IMG/VR virus record: IMGVR_UViG_3300029288_000055
Coordinates: 298,764 to 362,763 of that record
Source of the DNA: a virus
Lineage: Duplodnaviria > Heunggongvirae > Uroviricota > Caudoviricetes
DNA length: 64,000 bases
Direction: 5' to 3' (one strand)
Part shown: positions 28,366 through 37,951 of the stretch, piece after piece
Layout of the letters: the number at the start of each line of letters is the position of its first letter
Position numbering within the stretch: position 1 is the first letter of the stretch
Program-made: the position numbers and the translations under genes
Notes under the pieces: model-generated
What the model was told of the DNA's origin: nothing
Databases searched by the model: none
What the model saw: the letters and a program-made list of their open reading frames with translations, nothing else

Positions 28366-28675
28366 TTAACGGATTGTCTAAGTTTTTTTCATTTACCTGA
28401 CCTGCAAATAATGCAATTTCCAATGCTTTTTTTCTATCAACAAATCTATTCTTGCTCGTTAAAAATCCTTGTACATATTCACCGACTTCTGGCAATGCAC
28501 TTCTAAGTCCAGTAATACTACACATAGTATACATACATTGAGAATGGCGATGACCACAAAATACCAATCCTTTATCACAATTAATTGGTAATACATTAGA
28601 ATCAAAGATGTGTTTCAGTATTAAATCTTTATACCATATAGCACTACACAAGATGTATTCAAATTTACTTTTCAT
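28337..28675 (-). CDS. hypothetical protein, paralogue 2 (112 aa)
   Basis: See 27543..27860. Confidence 0.55.
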   Translation of the reverse strand: MKSKFEYILCSAIWYKDLILKHIFDSNVLPINCDKGLVFCGHRHSQCMYTMCSITGLRSALPEVGEYVQGFLTSKNRFVDRKKALEIALFAGQVNEKNLDNPLIGLFSEDLY

Positions 28676-29265
28676 TAATGTTTTATCATAGGTTCACTAT
28701 CTTCACGGAGTACAGTCATAAGTTTATTGGTAAGAGCATCAAGCTCTTCATTTTCTGGCATAATGGTATCACCCGGGATTCTGAATAAATGCCTTTTGAT
28801 TCTTATCATCATATCATTCAATTCTTTCATCAAATCCTGATGTTTATAGGTTCTCAACTCCATTGCTTGTCTGGGCAGCAACTTATAATTTTGATGTTCT
28901 TTTGCTTCATAAAAATCAGGTACATTTTCTTCTGTAGGTGCACATTTAAGACACATACCATCACGATGATTAGTCATCTGGTTGCAAGTATTGCAAATAC
29001 CAATCTCCATATCAGCTAATGGAATTTCAGTGATTACCATATTAGCTGGAAGCCAGAACCATGTCTCATTATTTTTTGTATGATTAGATTCTTTTGAGGG
29101 ATACATAATTTGCTGTCGTCCACAAGTATTGGTTCTCAGATTTAAAAACTTATAGCCAGTCTTTGATGCTTTGATCAGTCTATAAACAGTTTTAGTATCT
29201 TCGCCATAACCAATTTTGTAGTTATGTCCCTTAACCAAGTGAAATGGTTTTACATATGTACTCAT
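28675..29265 (-). CDS. hypothetical protein with a CxxC...CxxC motif (196 aa)
   Basis: CNTCNQMTNHRDGMCLKC. Confidence 0.55.
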   Translation of the reverse strand: MSTYVKPFHLVKGHNYKIGYGEDTKTVYRLIKASKTGYKFLNLRTNTCGRQQIMYPSKESNHTKNNETWFWLPANMVITEIPLADMEIGICNTCNQMTNHRDGMCLKCAPTEENVPDFYEAKEHQNYKLLPRQAMELRTYKHQDLMKELNDMMIRIKRHLFRIPGDTIMPENEELDALTNKLMTVLREDSEPMIKH

Positions 29266-29447
29266 TTCTTTTTATTTTTTAATTTACCATCGGTGGTGTG
29301 TTCTACACCATCAACAACATAATCACATAATTTTCCACACTTATTACAATAAGTGCCAACAGTACCAAATGCTATTTTAGCATTTGATGTTTTATCGGTA
29401 TTATAATAGCCGATATGTGTTTCTGATTTACAACAAAGTGAAGCCAT
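29262..29447 (-). CDS. small Cys-rich protein (61 aa)
   Basis: ORF track. Confidence 0.4.
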   Translation of the reverse strand: MASLCCKSETHIGYYNTDKTSNAKIAFGTVGTYCNKCGKLCDYVVDGVEHTTDGKLKNKKK

Positions 29448-29615
29448 TTATTTAAGTTTTTCTCCGGTTTTTACTGTAAATCTTTTTTCCATAAGTTGAT
29501 ATGTTGAACGTTTAGCATACTCTTTTTTCTTACAGACCTTACACACCATATTTGGTTTATTATGAACACAAAGTGGTCGTTCAAATAAAGGGTCATAAAT
29601 TACATATATTGTCAT
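29448..29615 (-). CDS. small CxxC protein (55 aa)
   Basis: Not in the track. MTIYVIYDPLFERPLCVHNKPNMVCKVCKK... Its TAA is immediately followed by the next ATG. Confidence 0.35.
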   Translation of the reverse strand: MTIYVIYDPLFERPLCVHNKPNMVCKVCKKKEYAKRSTYQLMEKRFTVKTGEKLK

Positions 29616-29656
29616 ATTAATCTTTTATAACATTGTTAAATTTTTCTATTTAGTAA

Positions 29657-29941
29657 TTATTTTTGATTTAAAATCATTTTTACAAATAATTCACCAATTG
29701 CTTTTGCATTAGTTTCAAAGAATTTTATACCTTCGTCAGAAATATTCCAAAACATGAAATCTTTTCGTTTTGCAACTTTCTCCATTAGTTTTATGTTTTT
29801 CTCATGACCATCATGAAAACATAAATATTGACAATAACCCAATTGAATTACACCATTTTTATCTTTAATAGTGAACCAAGCTACTGCAACTGGCAATTCA
29901 GATATTGAATAGATTTTGTAATAAACTTCTCTTGTTGTCAT
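29657..29941 (-). CDS. hypothetical protein (94 aa)
   Basis: ORF track. Confidence 0.5.
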   Translation of the reverse strand: MTTREVYYKIYSISELPVAVAWFTIKDKNGVIQLGYCQYLCFHDGHEKNIKLMEKVAKRKDFMFWNISDEGIKFFETNAKAIGELFVKMILNQK

Positions 29942-30198
29942 AATACATTATATATAAGTTCAGCATGTTCAAGTTTTTTGCAGATTGCAATAGTTTGTTT
30001 ACCTTCAATATTGCTTTTTACACCATCGTGAAAATCAGACCAAATACATACTACAAAATCGGTTGGTTGTACAACATGATAAAAATGTTTAAGAAGTCCC
30101 CACCAATCCTTTGCAAGCACAATAGCAACAACATTTACATCACCATCATGTTTCTGTTTTATTGTTTTTATTTCTTCCACAGTATTATTGTTTATCAA
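29938..30198 (-). CDS. hypothetical protein (86 aa)
   Basis: ORF track. Confidence 0.5.
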   Translation of the reverse strand: MINNNTVEEIKTIKQKHDGDVNVVAIVLAKDWWGLLKHFYHVVQPTDFVVCIWSDFHDGVKSNIEGKQTIAICKKLEHAELIYNVL

Positions 30199-30415
30199 AA
30201 ATTGCAGGATTTAATTTAACAAAGGTAGCATTAAAATTGGCTTTTGCAAATTGTTCTGTTCTTTGAGCATTCCAATCCTGTACGAAGACATCATCATCGA
30301 TAATTATCAAAAAACCATTTGCACCAGATTCAGCAATTTGATTTGGATTACTTGCTAATGGTACATTAAAATTTCCTTTAATTTTATAAATCTCAATATT
30401 TTTTTCGTATGCCAT
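30185..30415 (-). CDS. hypothetical protein (76 aa)
   Basis: ORF track. Confidence 0.45.
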   Translation of the reverse strand: MAYEKNIEIYKIKGNFNVPLASNPNQIAESGANGFLIIIDDDVFVQDWNAQRTEQFAKANFNATFVKLNPAIFDKQ

Positions 30416-30633
30416 TACTTTATTCTTTTATTTAAAATCCTTTGTTTTACTTCAATATTACCCTGCTTCATGCGTTGAGTAGCAACAACTGACAACAAAA
30501 AGTTAAGTTGTCCGCCATTAATGCCATTATTTTTGGCGAATTCTTCACCTTGTTCATCCCTGAATTTATCAAGATCAGGATACTTTTGAAGTTCCTTAAT
30601 TAGTTTTTCTACTTTTTCAATTTGTAATCCCAT
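30415..30633 (-). CDS. hypothetical protein (72 aa)
   Basis: ORF track. Confidence 0.45.
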   Translation of the reverse strand: MGLQIEKVEKLIKELQKYPDLDKFRDEQGEEFAKNNGINGGQLNFLLSVVATQRMKQGNIEVKQRILNKRIK

Positions 30634-30635
30634 AA

Positions 30636-30980
30636 TTATAATACTTCTTCAAGTATTCTCCATTCTTTAAGTGTATTAAATTCAAAAGTTGCTTCAATAG
30701 GTATGCCTTTTAATTGAGAAATATCATCAACTTTTGCTTGTTTCAGAAGTTTGGAAACATAACGTATAACTTTAGCATAATCTGCATCCCTGTCTGCTTC
30801 TGTCCATTTACAATGCTTATCGCATTCAATCATTTCTGCATCCCAACCACCCATGCTACTGCCAGTTCCCCAGCTTTTACCTTCCAATGTGTATTTAATA
30901 CCAATCATTGCGTCTTGATACCCACAATGACCGAAGCTAATGCTTGCGATCTTACCTAATTCTTTTCTAAGTTCATTCAT
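30636..30980 (-). CDS. hypothetical protein (114 aa)
   Basis: ORF track. Confidence 0.5.
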   Translation of the reverse strand: MNELRKELGKIASISFGHCGYQDAMIGIKYTLEGKSWGTGSSMGGWDAEMIECDKHCKWTEADRDADYAKVIRYVSKLLKQAKVDDISQLKGIPIEATFEFNTLKEWRILEEVL

Positions 30981-30982
30981 GA

Positions 30983-31414
30983 TTATCTCCCAAATATTCT
31001 TACACCGTCAACAAATTCACTTCTTGTGTCACGTACTTTATTAATAATAGCATTTCCAAAATTTGATAATTTGGTGTATAAGTCCTGTAATTTATCGTGA
31101 TCATCTGCATTATCACACATTTCGCACCATCTTTCGATGAGTGCTCTGTTTATATCAGGATAGTTCAATGAATTATGTTCTAATTCATGAATTTTTTTAC
31201 TCCAGTGGTTAACTTCTTCACTGATCAGTTTATATTTCATTTCAAGCGGATAACACTTGTCAGATAAGTCTGAACTACCATGACTGAAATAACCATCACT
31301 AACGCTGGTGATACAGTTTTCTCTCATTTCTTTGATCTGTTGCAATTTGAATTCACAAAAGCACCAGTCACCTTGCTTAAACAGTGGTACTGTCTTTTTA
31401 GTTTTTTTTGTCAT
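30983..31414 (-). CDS. hypothetical protein (143 aa)
   Basis: ORF track. Confidence 0.55.
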   Translation of the reverse strand: MTKKTKKTVPLFKQGDWCFCEFKLQQIKEMRENCITSVSDGYFSHGSSDLSDKCYPLEMKYKLISEEVNHWSKKIHELEHNSLNYPDINRALIERWCEMCDNADDHDKLQDLYTKLSNFGNAIINKVRDTRSEFVDGVRIFGR

Positions 31415-31854
31415 AATATATATTTTCCTGTTTTGTTTTTATTTATTATTATTTTTGCTGCCACCTGTAAACCAACCTCTAAAGCTTCTTCATAAGTTTT
31501 GAACCCTTCAAAGATAGTCTTTCCCAAGTAATTATTCATACTTTTAGTCTTATTTTTTCTTTCGACCATATAAAAGTAACCATTTCCACTGGAACATCCA
31601 AATGTTCTATAATTTACTTCAACAAGTAAATTATGTTTTACTCTGAACCATTTCTTTAAAAGACTTTGTGTAGGGGCAGGATAATAAATACCATCATAAG
31701 TAAGATCAAGATTTCTTGTACCATCTTCATGATAAGGAAGTGTGGTACTAAGCCAGTCATTTGTCCTGCCTTTGAAAGTGAAACTTGCTTTATGTGCAAG
31801 TTTCGATGTAGCAAAAGATATAATATCTTCTTTAAGGTCTGGTTTAACTTTCAT
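31411..31854 (-). CDS. hypothetical protein (about 147 aa)
   Basis: The track ORF 31411..31998 overlaps the upstream gene by 155 nt. The internal Met (MKVKPDLKED...) at 31854 is the likelier start. Confidence 0.4.
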   Translation of the reverse strand: MKVKPDLKEDIISFATSKLAHKASFTFKGRTNDWLSTTLPYHEDGTRNLDLTYDGIYYPAPTQSLLKKWFRVKHNLLVEVNYRTFGCSSGNGYFYMVERKNKTKSMNNYLGKTIFEGFKTYEEALEVGLQVAAKIIINKNKTGKYIL

Positions 31855-32617
31855 CACTTTTACCAATTGTAAACATTGCTGGGTTGACAACACCTGTAGA
31901 ATTTTCTGCACCCCATTCTTTATTATGCCACTTGCGGAGTGCTTCACCGTGTTTCCAACTATGAACAAGTATTGACACTGCCATACCATACATTGCACCT
32001 GTAATACCCATGAAATCTACTTGTTTGCTGCAATTTTCTGCATGAGCAATCATACAGGTAACATCAGGATTTTCAATATTTTTGTCTGCAAATTCTTTTT
32101 GTAAAAGTTTTGCCCAACCTTCAGCATATTCAAAACATGCAAGACCATAACCATCACCTTTTTGAACAGCTTTCCAGTCATCATACTTTTTTTGATCAAG
32201 AATTTCAATTTCAATACCTTTGACCTTTTCTTCAAACAGTTTGCGTTCTTCGTCTTCTTTTGCCCTGTATGCTGCTGATTCAATTTTTTGCTTTTCTTCT
32301 TGTGCTTTTTCACGTTTGTCAAGTTCTACCAGAACTTCGGGTTCATATTGTGCGTAGCATTCAGGACCGACCTGTCGCCACTCCATGATATGAGCATTCT
32401 GATAGTCTCTTTCGAGCCATTCGAGATTGGTGTCTTTATTTACCAAACACTTAATACTGTTGAAATCAAATACAACTATGGTATTATCAATATTAAGTTT
32501 TGTGTTTCTGTAAAGCACAGTTTCTCTTGCTCTTTCAGCTACTTTTGGAAACCAGTCACCACAACAGGTACTAATTGTAATTGTTTGGTTTTTATTAACA
32601 ATTTTTTTCTTTTTCAT
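31844..32617 (-). CDS. hypothetical protein (257 aa)
   Basis: ORF track. Confidence 0.6.
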   Translation of the reverse strand: MKKKKIVNKNQTITISTCCGDWFPKVAERARETVLYRNTKLNIDNTIVVFDFNSIKCLVNKDTNLEWLERDYQNAHIMEWRQVGPECYAQYEPEVLVELDKREKAQEEKQKIESAAYRAKEDEERKLFEEKVKGIEIEILDQKKYDDWKAVQKGDGYGLACFEYAEGWAKLLQKEFADKNIENPDVTCMIAHAENCSKQVDFMGITGAMYGMAVSILVHSWKHGEALRKWHNKEWGAENSTGVVNPAMFTIGKSDES

Positions 32618-32620
32618 AAT

Positions 32621-32842
32621 TTATTTTTTAATAATCTCTGTATAAAACAATCTTCCTTCTTTAATCATTGTGATAAGTTCAATGAGTTTCATATTTAAAA
32701 CAAACACAACACTTAATTCATATGTTTTACCGTTGACATCCTGTTTGAACTCCCATCTGTTATTGATGGCAGTCTGTAGTTCATTGAGCGATAGTATTTT
32801 CTTCATTTTTCTTTTCTTTTTCGAATTTTTCAGTGATACCAA
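32621..32842 (-). CDS. hypothetical basic protein (73 aa)
   Basis: ORF track. The start is probably the internal MKKILS... Confidence 0.4.
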   Translation of the reverse strand: MVSLKNSKKKRKMKKILSLNELQTAINNRWEFKQDVNGKTYELSVVFVLNMKLIELITMIKEGRLFYTEIIKK

Positions 32843-33035
32843 TTGCCGTGTTTATAAAATTGTTAACACAACCCTTTGCAGTCTTATAGCCTTCCCATTT
32901 GCAGTCATATCTTTTGTCAGCAAATTCAGCTTCCCAACAGGTTCTGATGACGAAATCACCATCAATTCTTTTAACCTGATTTTCGAATTTAACGTCCCAA
33001 CCAGAATCAATTAAATCAATTAATTTCTTCATCAT
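32781..33035 (-). CDS. hypothetical protein (84 aa)
   Basis: ORF track. Confidence 0.45.
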   Translation of the reverse strand: MMKKLIDLIDSGWDVKFENQVKRIDGDFVIRTCWEAEFADKRYDCKWEGYKTAKGCVNNFINTAIGITEKFEKEKKNEENTIAQ

Positions 33036-33492
33036 TCCCCCTTGCCTCTTCTTCGGCTTTATTTTTATTTATGATAAAATCATTCATTTGTTTATCAGCA
33101 TCAATGTAAGATAGTTCGCCCCTGTTGAATTGATCAAGGATTAATTGCATTTCAGGATAGTCTTTGCAACATGATTTGACATACCAAGGGAAACATTTCT
33201 GATCTACTTTTTTACAATGCTCTTTCATGTCTTTTGGACGTGGAGCAGTTTGAAAAAAACCAATATTACCATTAGTACCATCATCAGCAGTTGTGTGTTC
33301 ACAATCATCACAAAGCGGAGCACCACAAACTAATTGACCTGTTTCTGAACAAGTATGTGTTGCGGGAGTACCACAGCTAACACATTTCAAGTCAGCATGT
33401 TCTTCGCATCTACCGTTTTTTACTGCAGGTTTTTTGCATTTGCCTCTCCATGCTTCATCGAAGTCACAGAAAGTATCTATTTTTTTGCACAT
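33016..33492 (-). CDS. Cys-rich protein (158 aa)
   Basis: More than 15 Cys residues in CxxC pairs. Confidence 0.55.
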   Translation of the reverse strand: MCKKIDTFCDFDEAWRGKCKKPAVKNGRCEEHADLKCVSCGTPATHTCSETGQLVCGAPLCDDCEHTTADDGTNGNIGFFQTAPRPKDMKEHCKKVDQKCFPWYVKSCCKDYPEMQLILDQFNRGELSYIDADKQMNDFIINKNKAEEEARGNDEEIN

Positions 33493-33494
33493 AA

Positions 33495-33911
33495 TTAGTC
33501 CATTTCATTAATGTCAGTATCAGTAATCAATTCGCAATTAATTTCATTTATACAATTCTTGAGAATAATGTGAATGAAAGGTGCATTAAGTCTTGGCTGA
33601 AGTCCACGAACAATAGTATTACCATTTTTGTCAAGATATTTCCAAACAGGGACGTTGTATTTATTGTATTCACCCCAATTTTTTAAATCTTCGAAGATAA
33701 ATGGTTTCATGTCTTTAATTTCACCAAGACGGTTGAAACCTTTAGGCATTCCTAAAAAGATTTTGCCAATACCCGGGAGTATCATCGTACCTGCATAATG
33801 CTTACCGCATCCGCAACCACTGTTGGCTGCTTCAAAACATTCAGTATTCATGCCTGTAATACAGCCACTGCACTGGTACTCTTCAATTGCTTTTTTAATG
33901 TTGTCTTCCAT
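33495..33911 (-). CDS. Cys-rich protein (138 aa)
   Basis: CSGCITGMNTEC...CGCGKH. Confidence 0.55.
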   Translation of the reverse strand: MEDNIKKAIEEYQCSGCITGMNTECFEAANSGCGCGKHYAGTMILPGIGKIFLGMPKGFNRLGEIKDMKPFIFEDLKNWGEYNKYNVPVWKYLDKNGNTIVRGLQPRLNAPFIHIILKNCINEINCELITDTDINEMD

Positions 33912-33930
33912 AATATTATTTTTAAAATTG

Positions 33931-33962
33931 ATTATACGTATTAATATTAAAAAAGGTTACAA
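33931..33962 (-). promoter_or_regulatory. promoter-like motif TTGTAAC-N17-CGTATAAT (minus-sense)
   Basis: The + strand reads ATTATACG-N17-GTTACAA. Confidence 0.5.
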
Positions 33963-34014
33963 AATGTGTGAAATATCATGCATTAAGTGAGGTCCTCTTT
34001 CGATAATAATGGGT

Positions 34015-34404
34015 TTAGCACTCATAATCGTCAAAATTTTTCGTCCATTTTTTATATGCATTTATCATTGTCATATGTTGTGAAAGAAGATCATTAATAC
34101 CAGCATTTTCCATTTCAACTTTTCCCATGTGTGGAATACAAATTTTTATTGCACTTCTAAATCCTGCAAGAAAACTGCTTCGATCTCTGCCCGTATATCT
34201 GTATACCTCAATATCAATTGCATTAATAGTATGAATTGCATATTTATTTACATCTTTTGCTTTAAGTAATCTGGTAATATATGCAATATCATCTGGTTTG
34301 GTTTCATCATATATACATTCTACCATAACGTGAATCATTTCATCAAATTTACCATAAAATTTTTCACCTTTTTTTAAATCTCGTAATTTAACCAGACCAT
34401 TCAT
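34015..34404 (-). CDS. hypothetical protein (129 aa)
   Basis: ORF track. Confidence 0.55.
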   Translation of the reverse strand: MNGLVKLRDLKKGEKFYGKFDEMIHVMVECIYDETKPDDIAYITRLLKAKDVNKYAIHTINAIDIEVYRYTGRDRSSFLAGFRSAIKICIPHMGKVEMENAGINDLLSQHMTMINAYKKWTKNFDDYEC

Positions 34405-34841
34405 TTTTTTAATTTAGCAATATATTCTTCGTATGTAGGATATTCACCTTCAATTGGTGTTTTCTTAATTACACTTGCAACATAAACGCCCCTGTTCACA
34501 CCTGCCAAAAATGCATCATGAATATCTTTTTCGGTGTATAATTTATTTGATTTTAATATTTCTTCATATTTTGTGGTATCTGGATATTTCCTGTATTCTT
34601 TGCCACAGAATATACATTTAACAGATTCTTGTTTACGGATTAATTCTGCTTTGTAATCCCAAAAATAAAGCTCGGAATAGGCATACAAATAGTAATCAAT
34701 AGTATCGCCAGAATGATCGATATATGTGTCTGGATGTTTTTTATGAAATTTAGTTACTGCTTCATTAACTTCACGCATGGTGCAACTATCCTTATCTTTA
34801 AGTAGTGCATCCAGTATTATCATTATGTTTTCTTCTTTCAT
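34401..34841 (-). CDS. hypothetical protein (146 aa)
   Basis: ORF track. Confidence 0.55.
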   Translation of the reverse strand: MKEENIMIILDALLKDKDSCTMREVNEAVTKFHKKHPDTYIDHSGDTIDYYLYAYSELYFWDYKAELIRKQESVKCIFCGKEYRKYPDTTKYEEILKSNKLYTEKDIHDAFLAGVNRGVYVASVIKKTPIEGEYPTYEEYIAKLKK

Positions 34842-34842
34842 T

Positions 34843-35046
34843 TCAATCTAAATGATATGTTTGAACAGGTGCTTCAAGTCCTGTAATTACTCCATTTACC
34901 AATTTGGTTGCCATATCGATATGCATTTTAGCATATTGACTATCAACATCTTCTTTGCCTTTTAAAAATTTTTTAGCTAAGAATAATTCTTTTCTTGCAT
35001 CTACAAGAATTTCTCGTTTCGAATTACCGCCATTTACACTTGACAT
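34843..35046 (-). CDS. hypothetical protein (67 aa)
   Basis: ORF track. Confidence 0.45.
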   Translation of the reverse strand: MSSVNGGNSKREILVDARKELFLAKKFLKGKEDVDSQYAKMHIDMATKLVNGVITGLEAPVQTYHLD

Positions 35047-35048
35047 AA

Positions 35049-35252
35049 TTATTTTGAATTAAGTTCAGCGATTGTTTTTCCATCACAATTGTCACCACGA
35101 GCAGTTATTGTTTCTGCAATAACTCGTAAATCCAATACGTTTGCCAGTGATGTACCTTTAGCACATTCAAAGCCATGTACTCCAACTACTAAGTAACGAC
35201 AGCAATTATAACCTTGACCAATTTTACAGATATTTTTTACATGTTCATTCAT
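35049..35252 (-). CDS. hypothetical protein (67 aa)
   Basis: ORF track. Confidence 0.45.
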   Translation of the reverse strand: MNEHVKNICKIGQGYNCCRYLVVGVHGFECAKGTSLANVLDLRVIAETITARGDNCDGKTIAELNSK

Positions 35253-35257
35253 AACTT

Positions 35258-35623
35258 TTATAATGAATTATCTGCTGCATATTTCCAATAACTATTTCTG
35301 GCTTCCTTATTAATTTTAAGTATGAATTCAAAATATCCAGATTCTGTTGCACTTTTAAATGCTTTTCTTGCCAAATAAAAATCAAAATATTGAGTGGGAA
35401 GTGCAATAGCTTTATGCCAACTTATTGAACCACCATCTTTTTTTACTTCATTCATTATAACATACCAATAAGTAGAATCACTTGTTATTTCATCAGGTGT
35501 AGGTGCATATGTCGGCACTTCTAAGAAATCTTTTTCAGGTTCTTTAGTTTTTCTACTTACTTTGTTTTCACAAGCAGCCAATATGATAATGAGTATTGTA
35601 AATAAAATTATAAAATTTTTCAT
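35258..35623 (-). CDS. putative lipoprotein (121 aa)
   Basis: MKNFIILFTILIIILAAC|EN lipobox. Confidence 0.55.
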   Translation of the reverse strand: MKNFIILFTILIIILAACENKVSRKTKEPEKDFLEVPTYAPTPDEITSDSTYWYVIMNEVKKDGGSISWHKAIALPTQYFDFYLARKAFKSATESGYFEFILKINKEARNSYWKYAADNSL

Positions 35624-35994
35624 AAGTTCTCTTTTTCAATTTCAAGTTTAACCATCAGTTCATCATATTCTTCTTTTGTACCGATAAAACTAAACCACAA
35701 TTTATGGTTAGTATCGTTTATCGTATAATCACTAATATCATGTTCTTCCCATCCTCTTTCTTTTATGAGACTAATGAGTGCAATCTTTTGATACGTAATT
35801 TCAATATTTCTTTTTAATCTTGCAATTTCTGCTTCATCATTTTTAATTGACCAATCAAAAGGATGATTCTTGTCATATGGAATCTCAACTTTTTGATTGG
35901 TCATATTCTTATCAAATGTTTCAGATAATGCATTTGCAAAATAATTCCTGAGTTCTTTTTCAGGTAAACCATTATGTATTTCAGAACTTTTCAT
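35620..35994 (-). CDS. hypothetical protein (124 aa)
   Basis: ORF track. Confidence 0.55.
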   Translation of the reverse strand: MKSSEIHNGLPEKELRNYFANALSETFDKNMTNQKVEIPYDKNHPFDWSIKNDEAEIARLKRNIEITYQKIALISLIKERGWEEHDISDYTINDTNHKLWFSFIGTKEEYDELMVKLEIEKENL

Positions 35995-35995
35995 A

Positions 35996-36262
35996 TTATG
36001 TAATTATAAAATGATTTCTTAATGTTTCTGCAGCCATTGTTTTAGCAGTTTCTGGATTTTTCCAACTCTTAGTTGAATAATAACGCTCACTCTTTTCGCC
36101 CTTAACATTTTTCTCTTCTTTTAAAGTAGAGGCACGCTGACCGAATTTAAAAGTCCAGCGTCCATCACTTTTGAATACTTTACAGTACCAAAGAGGATTT
36201 GCTTGTTTGGTCATGTAATATATGGCAGTTGTACCATCCATAATTTTTTCCCACTTTTTCAT
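35996..36262 (-). CDS. hypothetical protein (88 aa)
   Basis: ORF track. Confidence 0.5.
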   Translation of the reverse strand: MKKWEKIMDGTTAIYYMTKQANPLWYCKVFKSDGRWTFKFGQRASTLKEEKNVKGEKSERYYSTKSWKNPETAKTMAAETLRNHFIIT

Positions 36263-36295
36263 ATCATTCTTGTCAGGTTTAACCTTACTTAGTTA

Positions 36296-36778
36296 CTACA
36301 AATAATACATTACAGCATAGCCATCAGTACTATATACCATTCCCTTTGGTTTAACACCATGATTTGACAGAAAAAAGTTTTTGATTTGTGGGGTTTCATC
36401 CCTGCCGTTATTGCCGAAAGCTGCAAACATGCCAAGCATTCCCGACACCATACTTCTGTCATCATACTCGCCTTGATCATTTTTGGGAATGCTGATACCA
36501 TTAGCTTGTTGCTCCTTGGGTTTCTTCGTGTATTTCCAACCATTACCACAAAGCATGTAGAGTTCTTCAAGGAAAGTGGTACAAGATATTACTTTAATAT
36601 CTTCAACCATTTTTACAAAATTGCTTGCAGCTTTTTTACCAAATTCTTTTAGAATGCCTTGGTATATGCCTTCGAGTTGTTTGCCGTTAAGGTCACAAAG
36701 TATTGCACCCCTACCAGAAGTAAATTCGGGACGAGTACTCATATTATTGTTGCGGATGATTTCTTTTAGCTTTTCCAT
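36296..36778 (-). CDS. hypothetical protein (160 aa)
   Basis: The track ORF 36296..36880 is N-extended. The real start is probably MEKLKEII at 36778, because a coupled small gene occupies 36786..36956. Confidence 0.5.
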   Translation of the reverse strand: MEKLKEIIRNNNMSTRPEFTSGRGAILCDLNGKQLEGIYQGILKEFGKKAASNFVKMVEDIKVISCTTFLEELYMLCGNGWKYTKKPKEQQANGISIPKNDQGEYDDRSMVSGMLGMFAAFGNNGRDETPQIKNFFLSNHGVKPKGMVYSTDGYAVMYYL

Positions 36779-36785
36779 AATTAAA

Positions 36786-36956
36786 TTAAAAAAGGTTATC
36801 AATTTCTTCAATATCTTTTTGAAGTTGTTCTTTGCGTTTCTTTTTAAACTCTTCAAGTTGTCTCTTGCGAGTTGTTTCATCAGCTTTTACCAGATTATAA
36901 CCACCGCCTTCTATGACTTCGGTAGTCCATTCCCAAGGTTTATGTTCTATATTCAT
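36786..36956 (-). CDS. small hypothetical protein (56 aa)
   Basis: Not in the track. ATGA overlap with the stop of 36953..37174. MNIEHKPWEWTTEVIEGGGYNLVKADE... Confidence 0.4.
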   Translation of the reverse strand: MNIEHKPWEWTTEVIEGGGYNLVKADETTRKRQLEEFKKKRKEQLQKDIEEIDNLF

Positions 36957-37174
36957 AATAAATGTTTTTCTTTAAATTTAAGTAATTCAAGTTGCAGGTT
37001 ATGTAACTTAACTCTCATTTCATTTAATTCGAGTTTGTATATATCCCTGAAATCATTGTCTTTGATTTGAATATTGGCTGCATTGCTATATTCGTCAATG
37101 CCATCGAGAATCTTACCAACTGCTGTTGATAGTTCTTTCTCTGTTTTTTCTTTTTCGTAATCTGTATATCTCAT
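36953..37174 (-). CDS. hypothetical coiled-coil protein (73 aa)
   Basis: ORF track. Confidence 0.45.
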   Translation of the reverse strand: MRYTDYEKEKTEKELSTAVGKILDGIDEYSNAANIQIKDNDFRDIYKLELNEMRVKLHNLQLELLKFKEKHLL

Positions 37175-37179
37175 AATAT

Positions 37180-37338
37180 TTAATGTTTATTAATATCCAT
37201 ACTAATATCGACAATCAATAATAAAAGTATCCAAGCAAATATGCCTGATACAGTACCGTGTGACCATGCAATGATAAGTAATATTAACGCTACTATTCTC
37301 ATTGGGGAAACTTTGTATGAATTAAATCTCCAGTTCAT
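37180..37338 (-). CDS. small membrane protein (52 aa)
   Basis: Not in the track. MNWRFNSYKVSPMRIVALILLIIAWSHGTVSGIFAWILLLLIV... Confidence 0.35.
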   Translation of the reverse strand: MNWRFNSYKVSPMRIVALILLIIAWSHGTVSGIFAWILLLLIVDISMDINKH

Positions 37339-37343
37339 ATTAT

Positions 37344-37577
37344 TTAATTTTCGGGTTGATTAAGAGAACTCCAGTGTGATACGACAAACGTACCCAAGTA
37401 ACCTTCAATAACCCAATGCTCTGAATGGTGATAATAATGAGCAAATGTAAAACCACAAAAACTTCCGTCTTTGTCAACGACTCTTGCAACAACACGGATT
37501 GAAACACCATTTATTAGATCATGAGCATCTTCATCATTAATTTTTGGCTTTGTTAAAGCCATATTCCATTCGATCAT
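37344..37577 (-). CDS. hypothetical protein (77 aa)
   Basis: ORF track. Confidence 0.45.
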   Translation of the reverse strand: MIEWNMALTKPKINDEDAHDLINGVSIRVVARVVDKDGSFCGFTFAHYYHHSEHWVIEGYLGTFVVSHWSSLNQPEN

Positions 37578-37605
37578 CTTAGTAAAATTTAATTGATATT
37601 ATCTA

Positions 37606-37637
37606 TTTATACGTAAACGAAATATAAAAGGTTACAA
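37606..37637 (-). promoter_or_regulatory. promoter-like motif TTGTAAC-N17-CGTATAAA (minus-sense)
   Basis: The + strand reads TTTATACG-N17-GTTACAA. Confidence 0.5.
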
Positions 37638-37639
37638 AA

Positions 37640-37951
37640 TTATTTATTATCTTCGTAATTAAATTTAAACCATTCATCAAATGATTTACTGTTGCTACGT
37701 GCCTGTTCGAAAGCAACTTTTAAATCTTCCTTTGTAAAAGTGTCATTCTTTGACTTTAAGTGCTTTGCTTTTATGTTAACATAACGCTTACTTAAAGGAC
37801 GTAACATCTTATCCAGTTTTTCTGCCAGTCCAACAAAGACAGTAGTGCCTTCATTATTTACTGCAGATATACCTGTAAAAAATTCTTCTGGTTCTAAATT
37901 GTCATCAAGCTCAATTAGAATCGGGTTCAGGTTCTTGACTTCCTCTTTCAT
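37640..37951 (-). CDS. hypothetical protein (103 aa)
   Basis: The track ORF opens with a TTG. The ATG at 37951 (MKEEVKNLNPI...) lies 15 nt after the tnpB stop. Confidence 0.5.
   Translation of the reverse strand: MKEEVKNLNPILIELDDNLEPEEFFTGISAVNNEGTTVFVGLAEKLDKMLRPLSKRYVNIKAKHLKSKNDTFTKEDLKVAFEQARSNSKSFDEWFKFNYEDNK

Noticed and set aside
36779-36880. N-terminal 34 residues of the 194-aa track ORF
   Set aside because: A different frame encodes a 56-aa gene (36786..36956) that is translationally coupled (ATGA) to the upstream gene. The long ORF most likely starts at MEKLKEII (36778).
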